Virus record (IMG/VR): IMGVR_UViG_3300016667_000519
Location: 1-26,244 of that record
Source: a virus
Lineage: Duplodnaviria > Caudoviricetes
Length of the DNA stretch: 26,244 nucleotides
Strand: one strand, 5' to 3'
The notes beneath the pieces were generated by a model. That model saw only the letters and a list, made by a program, of their open reading frames with translations, was not told the origin of the DNA and did no database searches. A program made the position numbers and the translations under genes. Shown here one piece after another: positions 1-9,148 of the stretch (positions within the stretch are counted from its first letter, which is position 1; the number at the start of each line of letters is the position of its first letter).

Positions 1-480
1 TGTGTTAGTGTTGCATTTGTTATGGATAATGGTGAAGTTAAAAAACAAACATTTTCAGGTCACGAAGAAAAAGAAATATTAATAGGAGTTCAAAAATTAC
101 TTGATAGATGTGGCAAGTTGGACTTCTTTCTTTGTGGTCACAATTTAAAAAACTTTGATATACCTGTATTAGCAAAAAGAATGATTATTAATGGTTTATT
201 ACCACCATCAATTTTACCTTCTTACGACACAAAACCTTGGGAGGTTAAAGCGATAGATACCAAAGAGATATGGCAATACGGTTCATACAGTTCGATAGGT
301 TCGTTAGATTTATTATGTTCTTGTCTTGGAATTAAGACTCCTAAAGATGGTGAGGTTACCGGAGAAAATATTCACGAATATTATTGGAATGGTGGAAATT
401 TAGAAAAAATTTCCGAATATTGTGAAAAGGATGTTAATGTCTTAATAGAAATAATTAAAAAATTAAAAGAATTAAAATGA
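1..480 (+). CDS. PolB-like 3'-5' exonuclease (DnaQ/RNase H fold), 5'-truncated by the window edge
   Basis: The frame is open from base 1 (CVSVAFV then MDN...). ExoII-like GHNLKNFDIP and ExoIII-like YCEKDV are present; the ExoI motif would lie upstream of the window. Confidence 0.85.
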   Translation, partial: CVSVAFVMDNGEVKKQTFSGHEEKEILIGVQKLLDRCGKLDFFLCGHNLKNFDIPVLAKRMIINGLLPPSILPSYDTKPWEVKAIDTKEIWQYGSYSSIGSLDLLCSCLGIKTPKDGEVTGENIHEYYWNGGNLEKISEYCEKDVNVLIEIIKKLKELK

Positions 481-1076
481 TTAAAGAACCTGATTTTAAC
501 AAATTAAAAGAAGATATGGATAAACTTAACAAGTATTTATCCGATAATGAAAATGAGATAGATTATAGTCTCGTTTATGATGAATATGGTATAGATATAA
601 AAGGTCTGGAAGAAGATATGTTAAACCATACCGGAAAATTAGATTTAGGTTATAAAATATTAAACCCGAATTCTATGTCTCCTTACTATAATTACGAATC
701 CGATTCAGGATTCGATTTATATTCCACAGAAGAAATTACTATTGATGGGTTGGGTAGAGCATTAATACCAACTGGATTATCATTTGATATTAAAGATGGG
801 TATGAAATTCAAGTTAGAAGTAAAAGTGGGTTAGCGATTAATCAAGGATTAATGTGTTTAAACTCACCCGGAACGATAGATTCTGGTTTTTTAGGGGAAG
901 TTAAAGTTATTATTTTTAACACTAATAAAGAACCGTTTACAATTAAAAAAGGAATGAAAGTCGCTCAAGCGGTTTTATGTCCTGTAGTAAATGGGAAATG
1001 GGTTAATTTAGTTGAGAAGGAAAATTTACCTGAAAAAGACAGGAATAATTTAGGGTTTGGAAGTACGGGAATTTAA
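477..1076 (+). CDS. dut: Trimeric dUTPase with an acidic N-terminal extension of about 55 aa
   Basis: Five dUTPase motifs: DSGFDL, RSKSGLA, GTIDSGFLGEVKV, KVAQ, RNNLGFGSTG. ATGA overlap with the upstream gene. Confidence 0.93.
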   Translation: MIKEPDFNKLKEDMDKLNKYLSDNENEIDYSLVYDEYGIDIKGLEEDMLNHTGKLDLGYKILNPNSMSPYYNYESDSGFDLYSTEEITIDGLGRALIPTGLSFDIKDGYEIQVRSKSGLAINQGLMCLNSPGTIDSGFLGEVKVIIFNTNKEPFTIKKGMKVAQAVLCPVVNGKWVNLVEKENLPEKDRNNLGFGSTGI

Positions 1077-1102
1077 AATAAATAAATAAAAATAAATAAA
1101 AT

Positions 1103-1642
1103 ATGGCACATCAAGCGCAAAAAAATTTCTTCATTAAAGTTAAAAATTTATTTCCTGAAAAATTTACAAATTGTTCAGTATTAGACATTGGTTCTTTAGA
1201 TATTAATGGTAATAATAGATTTTTATTTAACGAATATTCCTATATAGGAATAGATGTTGGTAACGGACCTAATGTGGATATTGTTTGTAAAGGGCACGAA
1301 TATAAGAGCGAAGTTTTATTTGATATTGTAATTAGTTCAGAATGTTTTGAGCACGATATGTATTATTCTGAAACAATTAAAAATGGAATATCATTAACCA
1401 AATCAAATGGGATGTTTACGTTTACCTGCGCTTCTACCGGTCGACCAGAACACGGAACCAGAAGAACTAAACCTCAAGACGCTCCATTACTTAATGGATT
1501 GGATGAGTGGGGGGATTATTATAGAAATTTAACAGAAGAAGATGTTAGAGACGTTATAAACCCAGATGATATTTTTTCAAAATACGAATTCACATATAAT
1601 CCAATTGATTGTGATTTATACTTTTGGGGGATTAAAAAATAA
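1103..1642 (+). CDS. Class I SAM-dependent methyltransferase
   Basis: VLDIGSLDING motif I, IGID, FDIVISSECFEHD. Confidence 0.85.
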   Translation: MAHQAQKNFFIKVKNLFPEKFTNCSVLDIGSLDINGNNRFLFNEYSYIGIDVGNGPNVDIVCKGHEYKSEVLFDIVISSECFEHDMYYSETIKNGISLTKSNGMFTFTCASTGRPEHGTRRTKPQDAPLLNGLDEWGDYYRNLTEEDVRDVINPDDIFSKYEFTYNPIDCDLYFWGIKK

Positions 1643-1656
1643 AAAAAAATAAAAAA

Positions 1657-2268
1657 ATGGATAATACAGTTAATTTTAATTTAAACACAATTAATGAAGG
1701 TCATCATAAATTAACCTATAGGGGTGTTAAAGCGATTAGATGCCCATTTGATTATGTTTTGTATCAAATGGTTATTACAAAAATAAAACCTGATTTAATT
1801 ATTGAAATAGGGACTCACGATGGAGGTGGAGCATTATATTTGTCCGATTTATTAAATCTAAATGGTGGTGGGGTTGTTCACACCATAGATATTATTAATA
1901 TGGTTAATAATGACTTAGTAATAAATAATAATAATATTGTTAGATTTTTAGGGGGGTATCAAAATTATGATTTAGAAAACACAATAGGTTTTAATAAAAT
2001 AATGGTGATTGATGATGGTTCTCACACTTATTATGATGTGAAAAATAGTTTAGAAAAATTTAATAAATTAGTGTCTAAAAACTCTTATTTTATTGTTGAG
2101 GACGGAATATTAACCGAATTAGGATATGAAAATTATGATGGTGGGCCTTTAAGAGCTATAGAAGAATTTTTGGAGGATAAAAAAGAATTTGAAATTGATA
2201 GAGATATTTGTGATTTTTTTGGTAAAAACGCAACATTTAACGTAAACGGATTTTTAATAAAAAAATGA
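1657..2268 (+). CDS. CmcI-family (cephalosporin hydroxylase-like) methyltransferase, likely a sugar O-methyltransferase
   Basis: PFDYVLYQ..IKPDLIIEIGTHDGG, VHTIDI, VIDDGSHTY, YFIVEDG are typical of the CmcI family, which includes rhamnosyl O-methyltransferases. Confidence 0.85.
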   Translation: MDNTVNFNLNTINEGHHKLTYRGVKAIRCPFDYVLYQMVITKIKPDLIIEIGTHDGGGALYLSDLLNLNGGGVVHTIDIINMVNNDLVINNNNIVRFLGGYQNYDLENTIGFNKIMVIDDGSHTYYDVKNSLEKFNKLVSKNSYFIVEDGILTELGYENYDGGPLRAIEEFLEDKKEFEIDRDICDFFGKNATFNVNGFLIKK

Positions 2269-2834
2269 AAAAAATGATACACGAAACAGGATATTGGAAT
2301 CGGCAATTTGCTGAAAAACATCACATACATAGTCCAAATTTAAGTAATTTTATCATAAATTTCTTGAGTCAAGAAAAAGAAACTTTTATATATGACTTAG
2401 GTTGCGGTTTAGGTGATTATTTAAAAGATTTAAAAAATTCGGGTTATACTAAACTTTTAGGGGTTGAAGTCGACCCTTTAATTAAGCATGATGATATTCA
2501 AGTGCGTAAGTTCAATTTAACAGAATCTTTGGTATTAAATGAAAAAGGTAATATAATATCTTTAGAGGTTGGGGAACACATTCCTAGTAATTTCCAAGAA
2601 ATTTATTTAGATAACATAACTAAAAATTGTAAAAAATATTTAATTATATCTTGGGCAATACGAGGTCAAGGAGGGTATGGGCATGTAAACGAATTAAATA
2701 ATGAAGAGATTTTACCAATGATTATTAATAGAGGTTTTAAATTATTAGAAGAGGAAACTAAAAAAGCGAGATTATGTGTAGAACCTTTTTGTAGGTATTT
2801 TTCAAATACAATTTTTATTTTTGAAAAAATTTAA
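2265..2834 (+). CDS. Class I SAM-dependent methyltransferase
   Basis: IYDLGCGLG motif I, LLGVE, SLEVGEHIP, GQGGYGHVNE. Confidence 0.85.
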   Translation: MKKMIHETGYWNRQFAEKHHIHSPNLSNFIINFLSQEKETFIYDLGCGLGDYLKDLKNSGYTKLLGVEVDPLIKHDDIQVRKFNLTESLVLNEKGNIISLEVGEHIPSNFQEIYLDNITKNCKKYLIISWAIRGQGGYGHVNELNNEEILPMIINRGFKLLEEETKKARLCVEPFCRYFSNTIFIFEKI

Positions 2835-2839
2835 TAATA

Positions 2840-3697
2840 ATGAAAAAAGTTGATGTTATAATAAATGTCTATGGTAAACCTTGGCAAACTTTATGCACAC
2901 TAAAAAGTTTGGAAAAAAAATCCGGAGAATATATTGATAAAATTTTTCTTATAAAAGAAAAAGAACAACCCTATAATGAAAATATTGATTGGATTTTTGA
3001 TAAACTAAATAATGTAGAAGTTTATACTCCAAATCTTTATTCGTTTACATCACATAATGTTAATTACAATTCGGAAAACGAAAGATTTAAAATAAGATAT
3101 CAATACGGTTTTGAGAGGAGTGATAAAAAATTTATTTTTATCACCCATAATGACGTTTTATACTGTGGAGATATTATTAGCGATATGTTATCAAAAATAG
3201 GGGATTCGATTGGTATTGGCGAAATAGGTCAGTGTTGGAATTGTCCTGCAAAATCAAATGGACTTTGTAGTGGTGAAAAATTTTACGAATGGAATCCAAA
3301 TTACGAAGATATTTTAAAATTTAAATTACCACACGTAAGAACAAGAATAGAGGACATAAATAAAAAAAACCCAAAACCAATGCCCGAATGTAGATTAAAT
3401 GAATGGTCTTGTTTAATAAACAGAGAATCATCTAATAAAGAAACATTTCCAAATGGAAACACCCCGTTTTTTGGTCAATATGGTATTGATTTGGGGGTAC
3501 CTTGGTTTAAAAGTTTACACAATAAAGGATATACGTTTGTTGATTATAGGAAAAATTTTATACATACTTATTGGTCCACAACCTCAGGATACCCAACACA
3601 ATTAAATAAAGAATTATACGATATATCTGAAAATAACGCAAAAGAGTACTTTGAAAAGAATTTTAATTATGATTACAATAATATACTCCACACATAA
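2840..3697 (+). CDS. Putative GT-A fold glycosyltransferase
   Basis: N-terminal VDVIINVYGKP..TL..LKSL and FIFITHNDVLY (DxD-equivalent region); cluster context. Confidence 0.6.
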   Translation: MKKVDVIINVYGKPWQTLCTLKSLEKKSGEYIDKIFLIKEKEQPYNENIDWIFDKLNNVEVYTPNLYSFTSHNVNYNSENERFKIRYQYGFERSDKKFIFITHNDVLYCGDIISDMLSKIGDSIGIGEIGQCWNCPAKSNGLCSGEKFYEWNPNYEDILKFKLPHVRTRIEDINKKNPKPMPECRLNEWSCLINRESSNKETFPNGNTPFFGQYGIDLGVPWFKSLHNKGYTFVDYRKNFIHTYWSTTSGYPTQLNKELYDISENNAKEYFEKNFNYDYNNILHT

Positions 3698-5180
3698 AGA
3701 CGAGACCTATAATAAAAAATTTAAAGAACATTTACAACAAACAGTTGGTTTAAAAAATGTTCAAATTTTAGAGTATAAAAACCAAAATGAATTTTCATTA
3801 TCCGAACTTTATAATAAAGGTATAACAGAATCGATGTATGATATCATTGTTTGTTGTCATAATGATATTCATTTAGAAAAAAATTGGGGTAAAAAACTTT
3901 TAGAGGATTTTTCCAACAACTCCGAATTCGGTATTATTGGTAAGGCCGGTAGTTGTTATTTTCCGGAATCGGGTATTTATTGGGAGAGAATGCAACAAAC
4001 TATGGTAGGACAAGTTTACCATCAACCCGAACCTCAGAAAAAATGGTTAAGTAAATATTCCGCAAAATTACCCTTTTTAATACCAGTCGTTACTATTGAC
4101 GGTTTATTTATTTCTTTTGATAAGAGAAAAATTAAACATAAATTTGATGAAACAATTGGTAAATTTCACTTTTATGACCATTTATTTTGTTTACCAAATT
4201 ACTTAGATGGAGTTAAAATTGGTGTAACATCATCGTTTGAAATTACTCATCAGTCTATTGGACAACCTAACCAAGAATTTTTTGAATCCAAAGAAAAATT
4301 TTTAGAAAAATGGAGACATAAATTACCTTTAGATTTAAAACCGACTGAGGTTTATGTTCCTGAAATAAAAGAAAAACCAATTAAAAATATTGGTAAAGTT
4401 GCAATAATAATCCCAACAAAAGGTAACATTAATATGTTACGAGAATGTGTAAAGTCATTTTATGAACACTGTAATCCTAACCTATTTGATTTTTTTATTG
4501 CGGATACGGGTTCTTCTGATGAAGAAAAAAAAGAAATTAAAGAAACTATATTACCTATGGGTAATATTAAATTAATAGAATACGATTATTATAATTTTGC
4601 AAAAATAAATAATGATGTAGTTAAAAATCATATTAATAATGATTACGAATTTTTACTATTTTCCAATAACGATATAAAATTATTAAATAATGTTATCTAC
4701 GGAATGTTAAAAATCTTCAAAGAAAATAAAAACGTTGGAACTGTAGGTTGTAGACTTCATTTTGAAGACAATACGATTCAACATAATGGTGTTTTTGGAC
4801 AAATAAATCAAAATAAAATTTTTGGAGTATCTCATATTGGGTTAAAATCTTACTACAATTACCGTCTATCAATAAATGATGTATTTGGTAATACCGGAGG
4901 ATTATTAATGATTAGAAAAAATATTTTTGAAAAATGTGGATTTTTTAATGAAAATTATATTAGTTGTTTTGAAGATGTTGAATTAAATTTAATTTGTACT
5001 ATGTTGAATTTAACAAACTATAATGACGGTTCATTGGTTGCATATCATTACGAATCAAAAACAAGAAACGAGGACCCAAAAAACTTGGAAAAATTACAAA
5101 TAGATTATAAGAATAATTTACTACCTTTTGTTATTAAAAATTTTGAAAAAATTAAAAATAAATTAATAATACTAAATTAG
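3669..5180 (+). CDS. Two-domain glycosyltransferase (two GT-A/GT2-like domains)
   Basis: Domain 1: YNKGI, IVCCHNDI, TIDGLFI, FHFYDH. Domain 2: VAIIIPTKG, IADTGSSD, NFAKINN, LLFSNNDI, FEDVELNL, YHYESKTR. ATG 3669 preferred over TTG 3651. Confidence 0.9.
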   Translation: MITIIYSTHKDETYNKKFKEHLQQTVGLKNVQILEYKNQNEFSLSELYNKGITESMYDIIVCCHNDIHLEKNWGKKLLEDFSNNSEFGIIGKAGSCYFPESGIYWERMQQTMVGQVYHQPEPQKKWLSKYSAKLPFLIPVVTIDGLFISFDKRKIKHKFDETIGKFHFYDHLFCLPNYLDGVKIGVTSSFEITHQSIGQPNQEFFESKEKFLEKWRHKLPLDLKPTEVYVPEIKEKPIKNIGKVAIIIPTKGNINMLRECVKSFYEHCNPNLFDFFIADTGSSDEEKKEIKETILPMGNIKLIEYDYYNFAKINNDVVKNHINNDYEFLLFSNNDIKLLNNVIYGMLKIFKENKNVGTVGCRLHFEDNTIQHNGVFGQINQNKIFGVSHIGLKSYYNYRLSINDVFGNTGGLLMIRKNIFEKCGFFNENYISCFEDVELNLICTMLNLTNYNDGSLVAYHYESKTRNEDPKNLEKLQIDYKNNLLPFVIKNFEKIKNKLIILN

Positions 5181-5184
5181 TACA

Positions 5185-6021
5185 ATGTCCGATAAAATAA
5201 TAAACTTCACTCCAACAGGAACTCAACCAAATAGGGAAAACTCTTTCGCCCCACTAACTCCAAATGAAATAATTGAGGAAGTTCATCAAGCGTATGAATT
5301 AGGTATTTCAGTTACTCACATACACGCAAGAGACCCAATTACTTTAAAAAACACACATAAGAAAACTGTTTATGAAGAAATAATTTTAGGGATAAGAAAA
5401 CATTGTCCTAACTTATCAATATGTGTTTCATTAACCGGGAGATTAAGTCCAGAATTTGAGAATAGGTCCGAAGTATTAGAATTATATCCCGATATGGGTT
5501 CACTGACAATGTCATCATTAAATTTTCCAACAGGAGAATCTGTAAATTCACCTGAAATGATAATAAAATTAATTCAGAAAATGGATGAATTTGGGGTTAT
5601 TCCTGAAATAGAATGTTTCGATTCAGGAATGTTAAATTACACAAAATATCTAATATCTAAAGGAATTTTAAAAGGGCCTCATTATATTAATACCATTCTT
5701 GGTAATATTTACAACGCACAATCTGATTTATCAACACTATCTTCAATTTATCAAAACAAACCTGAAAATTCTATTATGTGTTTAGGTGGTATTGGTAAAG
5801 AACAACTTAAATCAAATATAATCGGATTATTGTATTTTGATGGGATTAGGGTCGGTCTTGAAGATAATTTATATTATAAAGATAAAGAAAAAACAACCAA
5901 TATTGATTTATTAAAAAGAATACATAGAATTATGAATGAGATGAATTTAAATGTATTATCTCCGGTCGAGTTTAAAAAACTAGGTTATACGAATGAAAAA
6001 AATTACAATATTGGGGTTTAG
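5185..6021 (+). CDS. Beta-keto acid cleavage enzyme (BKACE/Kce, DUF849 family)
   Basis: PLTPNEIIEE, metal-binding HIHARD, PDMGSL, PEIECFD and RVGLEDN are all intact. Confidence 0.92.
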   Translation: MSDKIINFTPTGTQPNRENSFAPLTPNEIIEEVHQAYELGISVTHIHARDPITLKNTHKKTVYEEIILGIRKHCPNLSICVSLTGRLSPEFENRSEVLELYPDMGSLTMSSLNFPTGESVNSPEMIIKLIQKMDEFGVIPEIECFDSGMLNYTKYLISKGILKGPHYINTILGNIYNAQSDLSTLSSIYQNKPENSIMCLGGIGKEQLKSNIIGLLYFDGIRVGLEDNLYYKDKEKTTNIDLLKRIHRIMNEMNLNVLSPVEFKKLGYTNEKNYNIGV

Positions 6022-6628
6022 TGAAGCCGCTTTAACAATGATTTTTGATATTTTAGAGTCTAATGAAGAGTTTCCTAATGTTAATATTATTAATAATTTA
6101 AAATTAACTCCAAGTAAAAAATATCATAATAAAAATTTTTTAATAGAAGAGTTCTCAGAAGTTAACAATAACTCAAGTTCATTCTTGATAGGAGGAATAA
6201 AACCAAATATTAAAGAAAGAATAAGAAGTTTATATAATAATATTAACGACTCTAATTTTATTAACATATTCAGTAAAAATTCTGAGGTATCCTCAACAAC
6301 ACTATTAGGTAATGGAATAGTTATAAATACAATGTCTTCAATCGCAGGGTTTTCTGAAATTAAAAATTTTGTCTTTATTAACAGAAATTGTAGTATTGGT
6401 CATCACACTATCATAGATAAATATACAACACTAAATCCTGGCGTTAATATTGCTGGAAATGTTACAATAGGTAAAAATTGTCAAATAGGAATTGGTGCAA
6501 ATATAATAGACGGCATTACAATTGGTAATAATGTTATAATTGGTGCGGGTTCGGTTGTAACTAAAAATATTCCGGACAATGTAGTTGCTTACGGTAATCC
6601 TTGTAAAATTATTAGGGAAAATGTCTAA
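5993..6628 (+). CDS. PglD/NeuD-like sugar N/O-acyltransferase (hexapeptide left-handed beta-helix)
   Basis: Hexapeptide repeats (VTIGKN, CQIGIG, ITIGNN, VIIGAG), SIGHH at the catalytic His position, C-terminal AYGNPCK. Confidence 0.9.
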   Translation: MKKITILGFSEAALTMIFDILESNEEFPNVNIINNLKLTPSKKYHNKNFLIEEFSEVNNNSSSFLIGGIKPNIKERIRSLYNNINDSNFINIFSKNSEVSSTTLLGNGIVINTMSSIAGFSEIKNFVFINRNCSIGHHTIIDKYTTLNPGVNIAGNVTIGKNCQIGIGANIIDGITIGNNVIIGAGSVVTKNIPDNVVAYGNPCKIIRENV

Positions 6629-7250
6629 AAACGCTTATAAAATAACCGAAGATTTTGAATCTAAAATTTGTGATTATACTGGCGCTCCTTTTTGTGTCGC
6701 CTTAGATAATCAAAGTAACGCTTTATTTCTTTCTTTATATTATGAAAATATAAAAGGATTAGAAATTACTATACCAAATAGAACATATCCATCAGTACCT
6801 TGTGAAATAATTCACGCAGGAGGTAAAGTAAAATTTTTAGAAACGAATGGTGATACATTGAAGGGAGCGTATCAATTACTCCCAACTAAAGTTTGGGACT
6901 GCGCGTTAAGATTTACCGCGGATATGTATATACCAAACACTCATATGTGTGTTTCATTCACGGGACCTTATAAACATTTAAAATTAACTAAAGGTGGTGC
7001 GATTTTAACTGACGATGAAAAGGCGTATAAATGGTTTAAAAGAGCGAGATATAGCGGTAGAAATGAGTGTTCGTATCACGATGATTATTTTGATATGTTA
7101 GGTTGGAATTTTTATATGATACCTGAATTATCAGCTAGAGGATTGATGTTGATGAATCAGTTTTATGATTATAATGGTAATAAAAAAATAAATGAGGATA
7201 TCGAATTACCTTATCCCGATTTATCAAAGTTTGATATATATAATAATTAA
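6621..7250 (+). CDS. DegT/DnrJ/EryC1/StrS-family PLP aminotransferase, shortened (about 209 aa)
   Basis: FESKICDYTGAPFCVALD, VWDCA (PLP Asp), SFTGPYKHL (Schiff-base Lys), GGAILTDD, LGWNFYM. ATG 6621 preferred over TTG 6585. Confidence 0.85.
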   Translation: MSKNAYKITEDFESKICDYTGAPFCVALDNQSNALFLSLYYENIKGLEITIPNRTYPSVPCEIIHAGGKVKFLETNGDTLKGAYQLLPTKVWDCALRFTADMYIPNTHMCVSFTGPYKHLKLTKGGAILTDDEKAYKWFKRARYSGRNECSYHDDYFDMLGWNFYMIPELSARGLMLMNQFYDYNGNKKINEDIELPYPDLSKFDIYNN

Positions 7251-7251
7251 T

Positions 7252-7875
7252 ATGTTGCATATAATAACCCCGCTTTACAGATTTGAAAATCTAACCAATC
7301 AATATAATTCAATATTACTTAATGATGATATTACGTGGCATATATCTAAGTCAAATAAAAGAGAAGAATTAGATAATGAATTTATTAAATTAGATAAAAG
7401 AATTAAAATTTACAATTGTGATTGTGAAGACACTAATACAACAATTAAAAGAAATGAAGTTTTATCTAAAATTAATTCAGGTTATTTTTGTTTTTTAGAT
7501 GATGACACATTATTTCACGAAAATATGTATATTAAATATAAAGAATGTGAAGAACAAAATTTTATTGGTATGTTAGTTGGGGAGCAGTTAAACCCCGCCA
7601 ACGAATTAAGACTAATCGCATCTCCACCAAGATTTAAATTTATAGATACAGGGAATGTTTTATCACATACAAGTTGTTTAAATACTTGTATGTGGCCTGA
7701 AACCCACATTAAAGGAGTTAACCAAAAAGATTTTCTTCTTTGGGAATCGGTTTACAATTATTATAATAAAAAATGTGCAATATGGAATTCCCCAATTTCA
7801 TATTACAATAAACTAAGCAAAGACGACAAATGGAAAAAAGAAAAAAAAGTGCTCAAAATAATGAGACAGCGATAA
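7252..7875 (+). CDS. GT2-like glycosyltransferase
   Basis: MLHIITPLYRFENL start, KRNEVL, GYFCFLDDDT, IDTGN. ATG 7252 follows the upstream stop by 1 nt. Confidence 0.75.
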   Translation: MLHIITPLYRFENLTNQYNSILLNDDITWHISKSNKREELDNEFIKLDKRIKIYNCDCEDTNTTIKRNEVLSKINSGYFCFLDDDTLFHENMYIKYKECEEQNFIGMLVGEQLNPANELRLIASPPRFKFIDTGNVLSHTSCLNTCMWPETHIKGVNQKDFLLWESVYNYYNKKCAIWNSPISYYNKLSKDDKWKKEKKVLKIMRQR

Positions 7876-8555
7876 AATATAAAACAAAGAAAGAATTTAT
7901 TCTTGAAGTGATTAAGAAAAAATCAAAAGAAAAATTCTTATCTGAAAATCAAAAAAAATACTACGATTTACTCACAAAAAATCAAATAACAATTTGTTCA
8001 GGACCCGCAGGTGTTGGTAAGAGTTATATTGCAATGAAGGCTGCTTTAGATTTACTTGCAGACCCTGATAATAATTACGAAAAGATTATCATTGTTAGAC
8101 CAGCAGTTGAGGCTGAAGAAAAACTCGGTTCATTACCTGGAAATATGGAAGAAAAATTAGACCCATATATTTTCCCTTCTTATTATCTAATAAATAAAAT
8201 TATTGGTAAAGAGGCTAGAGAAAAATTAAAAGATAATGATATTATTGAAGTGTTTGCACTTGCTTATATGAGAGGTATGAATATTGATAACTCGATTTTA
8301 ATTTTTGAAGAAGCACAAAATTCAACCCCAAATCAAATGAAACTTCTATTGACAAGAATAGGTTTTAATAGTAAATTTTTTATATCTGGAGATTTAGAAC
8401 AAACCGACAGATATAAAGACAAAAAGCAGAGTGGATTATGGGACGCTTTACAAAAATTTAAAAATATTGACGATGTTGGTGTTTTTGAGTTTGAGGATAA
8501 AGATATTGTTAGAAATCCACTTATTAGCAAAATATTAAAACAATACGAAGAATGA
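7830..8555 (+). CDS. phoH: PhoH-family ATPase
   Basis: Walker A GPAGVGKS, RPAVEAEEKLGSLPG, LAYMRG, EEAQN, LLTRIG, SGDLEQTD, DIVRNPLI. Confidence 0.95.
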   Translation: MEKRKKSAQNNETAIKYKTKKEFILEVIKKKSKEKFLSENQKKYYDLLTKNQITICSGPAGVGKSYIAMKAALDLLADPDNNYEKIIIVRPAVEAEEKLGSLPGNMEEKLDPYIFPSYYLINKIIGKEAREKLKDNDIIEVFALAYMRGMNIDNSILIFEEAQNSTPNQMKLLLTRIGFNSKFFISGDLEQTDRYKDKKQSGLWDALQKFKNIDDVGVFEFEDKDIVRNPLISKILKQYEE

Positions 8556-9148
8556 GAATAGGAATTGAGGTTAATGGTGTTTTAAGAAATACTATTGACA
8601 AAATTACCCAAACTTACCAAAAATTTTTAATTGATAAAACTGACGGAATTGAAGAAGATGGTGATTTTAAATATGAAATGACATTACCAATAGAGTCTTT
8701 AAATTTATCTGACCATCTAAAATTTCAAAACGAAGAAGAGTTATATACATTTCTTTATGAAGAATTTCCAATGGAAATATTTGGTCACGCTCAGTCCACA
8801 GAATATAATACTTTTAACGATTTAAATGAACTTTATTTAAAATTAAGAGAAGACCACGAATTAATTATTATTTCGGATGAGATTGGTAAATCAAAGCCGG
8901 CAACTCTTTTCTTTTTATCAAAATTTGGATGCCAGTTTGAAAAAGTAAAATTTTACAGTAATTATACAATTAATTCTATGTGGAACGAAATTGATGTTTT
9001 ACTTACATCAAATCCCGCCTTATTATTAGATTATCCGTCAGATAAAATTGTAATAAAATACAACACGGTGTATAATAAACATTCCGAAAGCTCAATTTCG
9101 ATTAATTCGATAAAAGAACTTGAGGAAAACTTAAATAAAATAATATAA
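8552..9148 (+). CDS. HAD-superfamily 5'(3')-deoxyribonucleotidase-like protein with degenerate catalytic motifs
   Basis: MRIGIEVNGVLRN matches the HAD motif I layout (IGIDxDGV), and IDVLLTSNP matches the motif IV position, but the Asp residues are replaced. Confidence 0.65.
   Translation: MRIGIEVNGVLRNTIDKITQTYQKFLIDKTDGIEEDGDFKYEMTLPIESLNLSDHLKFQNEEELYTFLYEEFPMEIFGHAQSTEYNTFNDLNELYLKLREDHELIIISDEIGKSKPATLFFLSKFGCQFEKVKFYSNYTINSMWNEIDVLLTSNPALLLDYPSDKIVIKYNTVYNKHSESSISINSIKELEENLNKII

Noticed and set aside
1074-1102. AAAT/AAAAT tandem-like run (similar A-rich tracts at 1643-1656 and 25477-25509)
   Set aside because: Short, low-complexity A-rich leaders expected in this genome; not a CRISPR array, iteron or structured repeat.
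1657-2268. Antibiotic biosynthesis or resistance role from the 'cephalosporin hydroxylase' family name
   Set aside because: The family is a SAM-methyltransferase fold, and the context is sugar modification with no beta-lactam genes.
5185-6021. Lysine fermentation auxiliary metabolic gene
   Set aside because: No other lysine-fermentation genes in the window, and the gene overlaps a sugar acyltransferase. The true substrate remains unknown.
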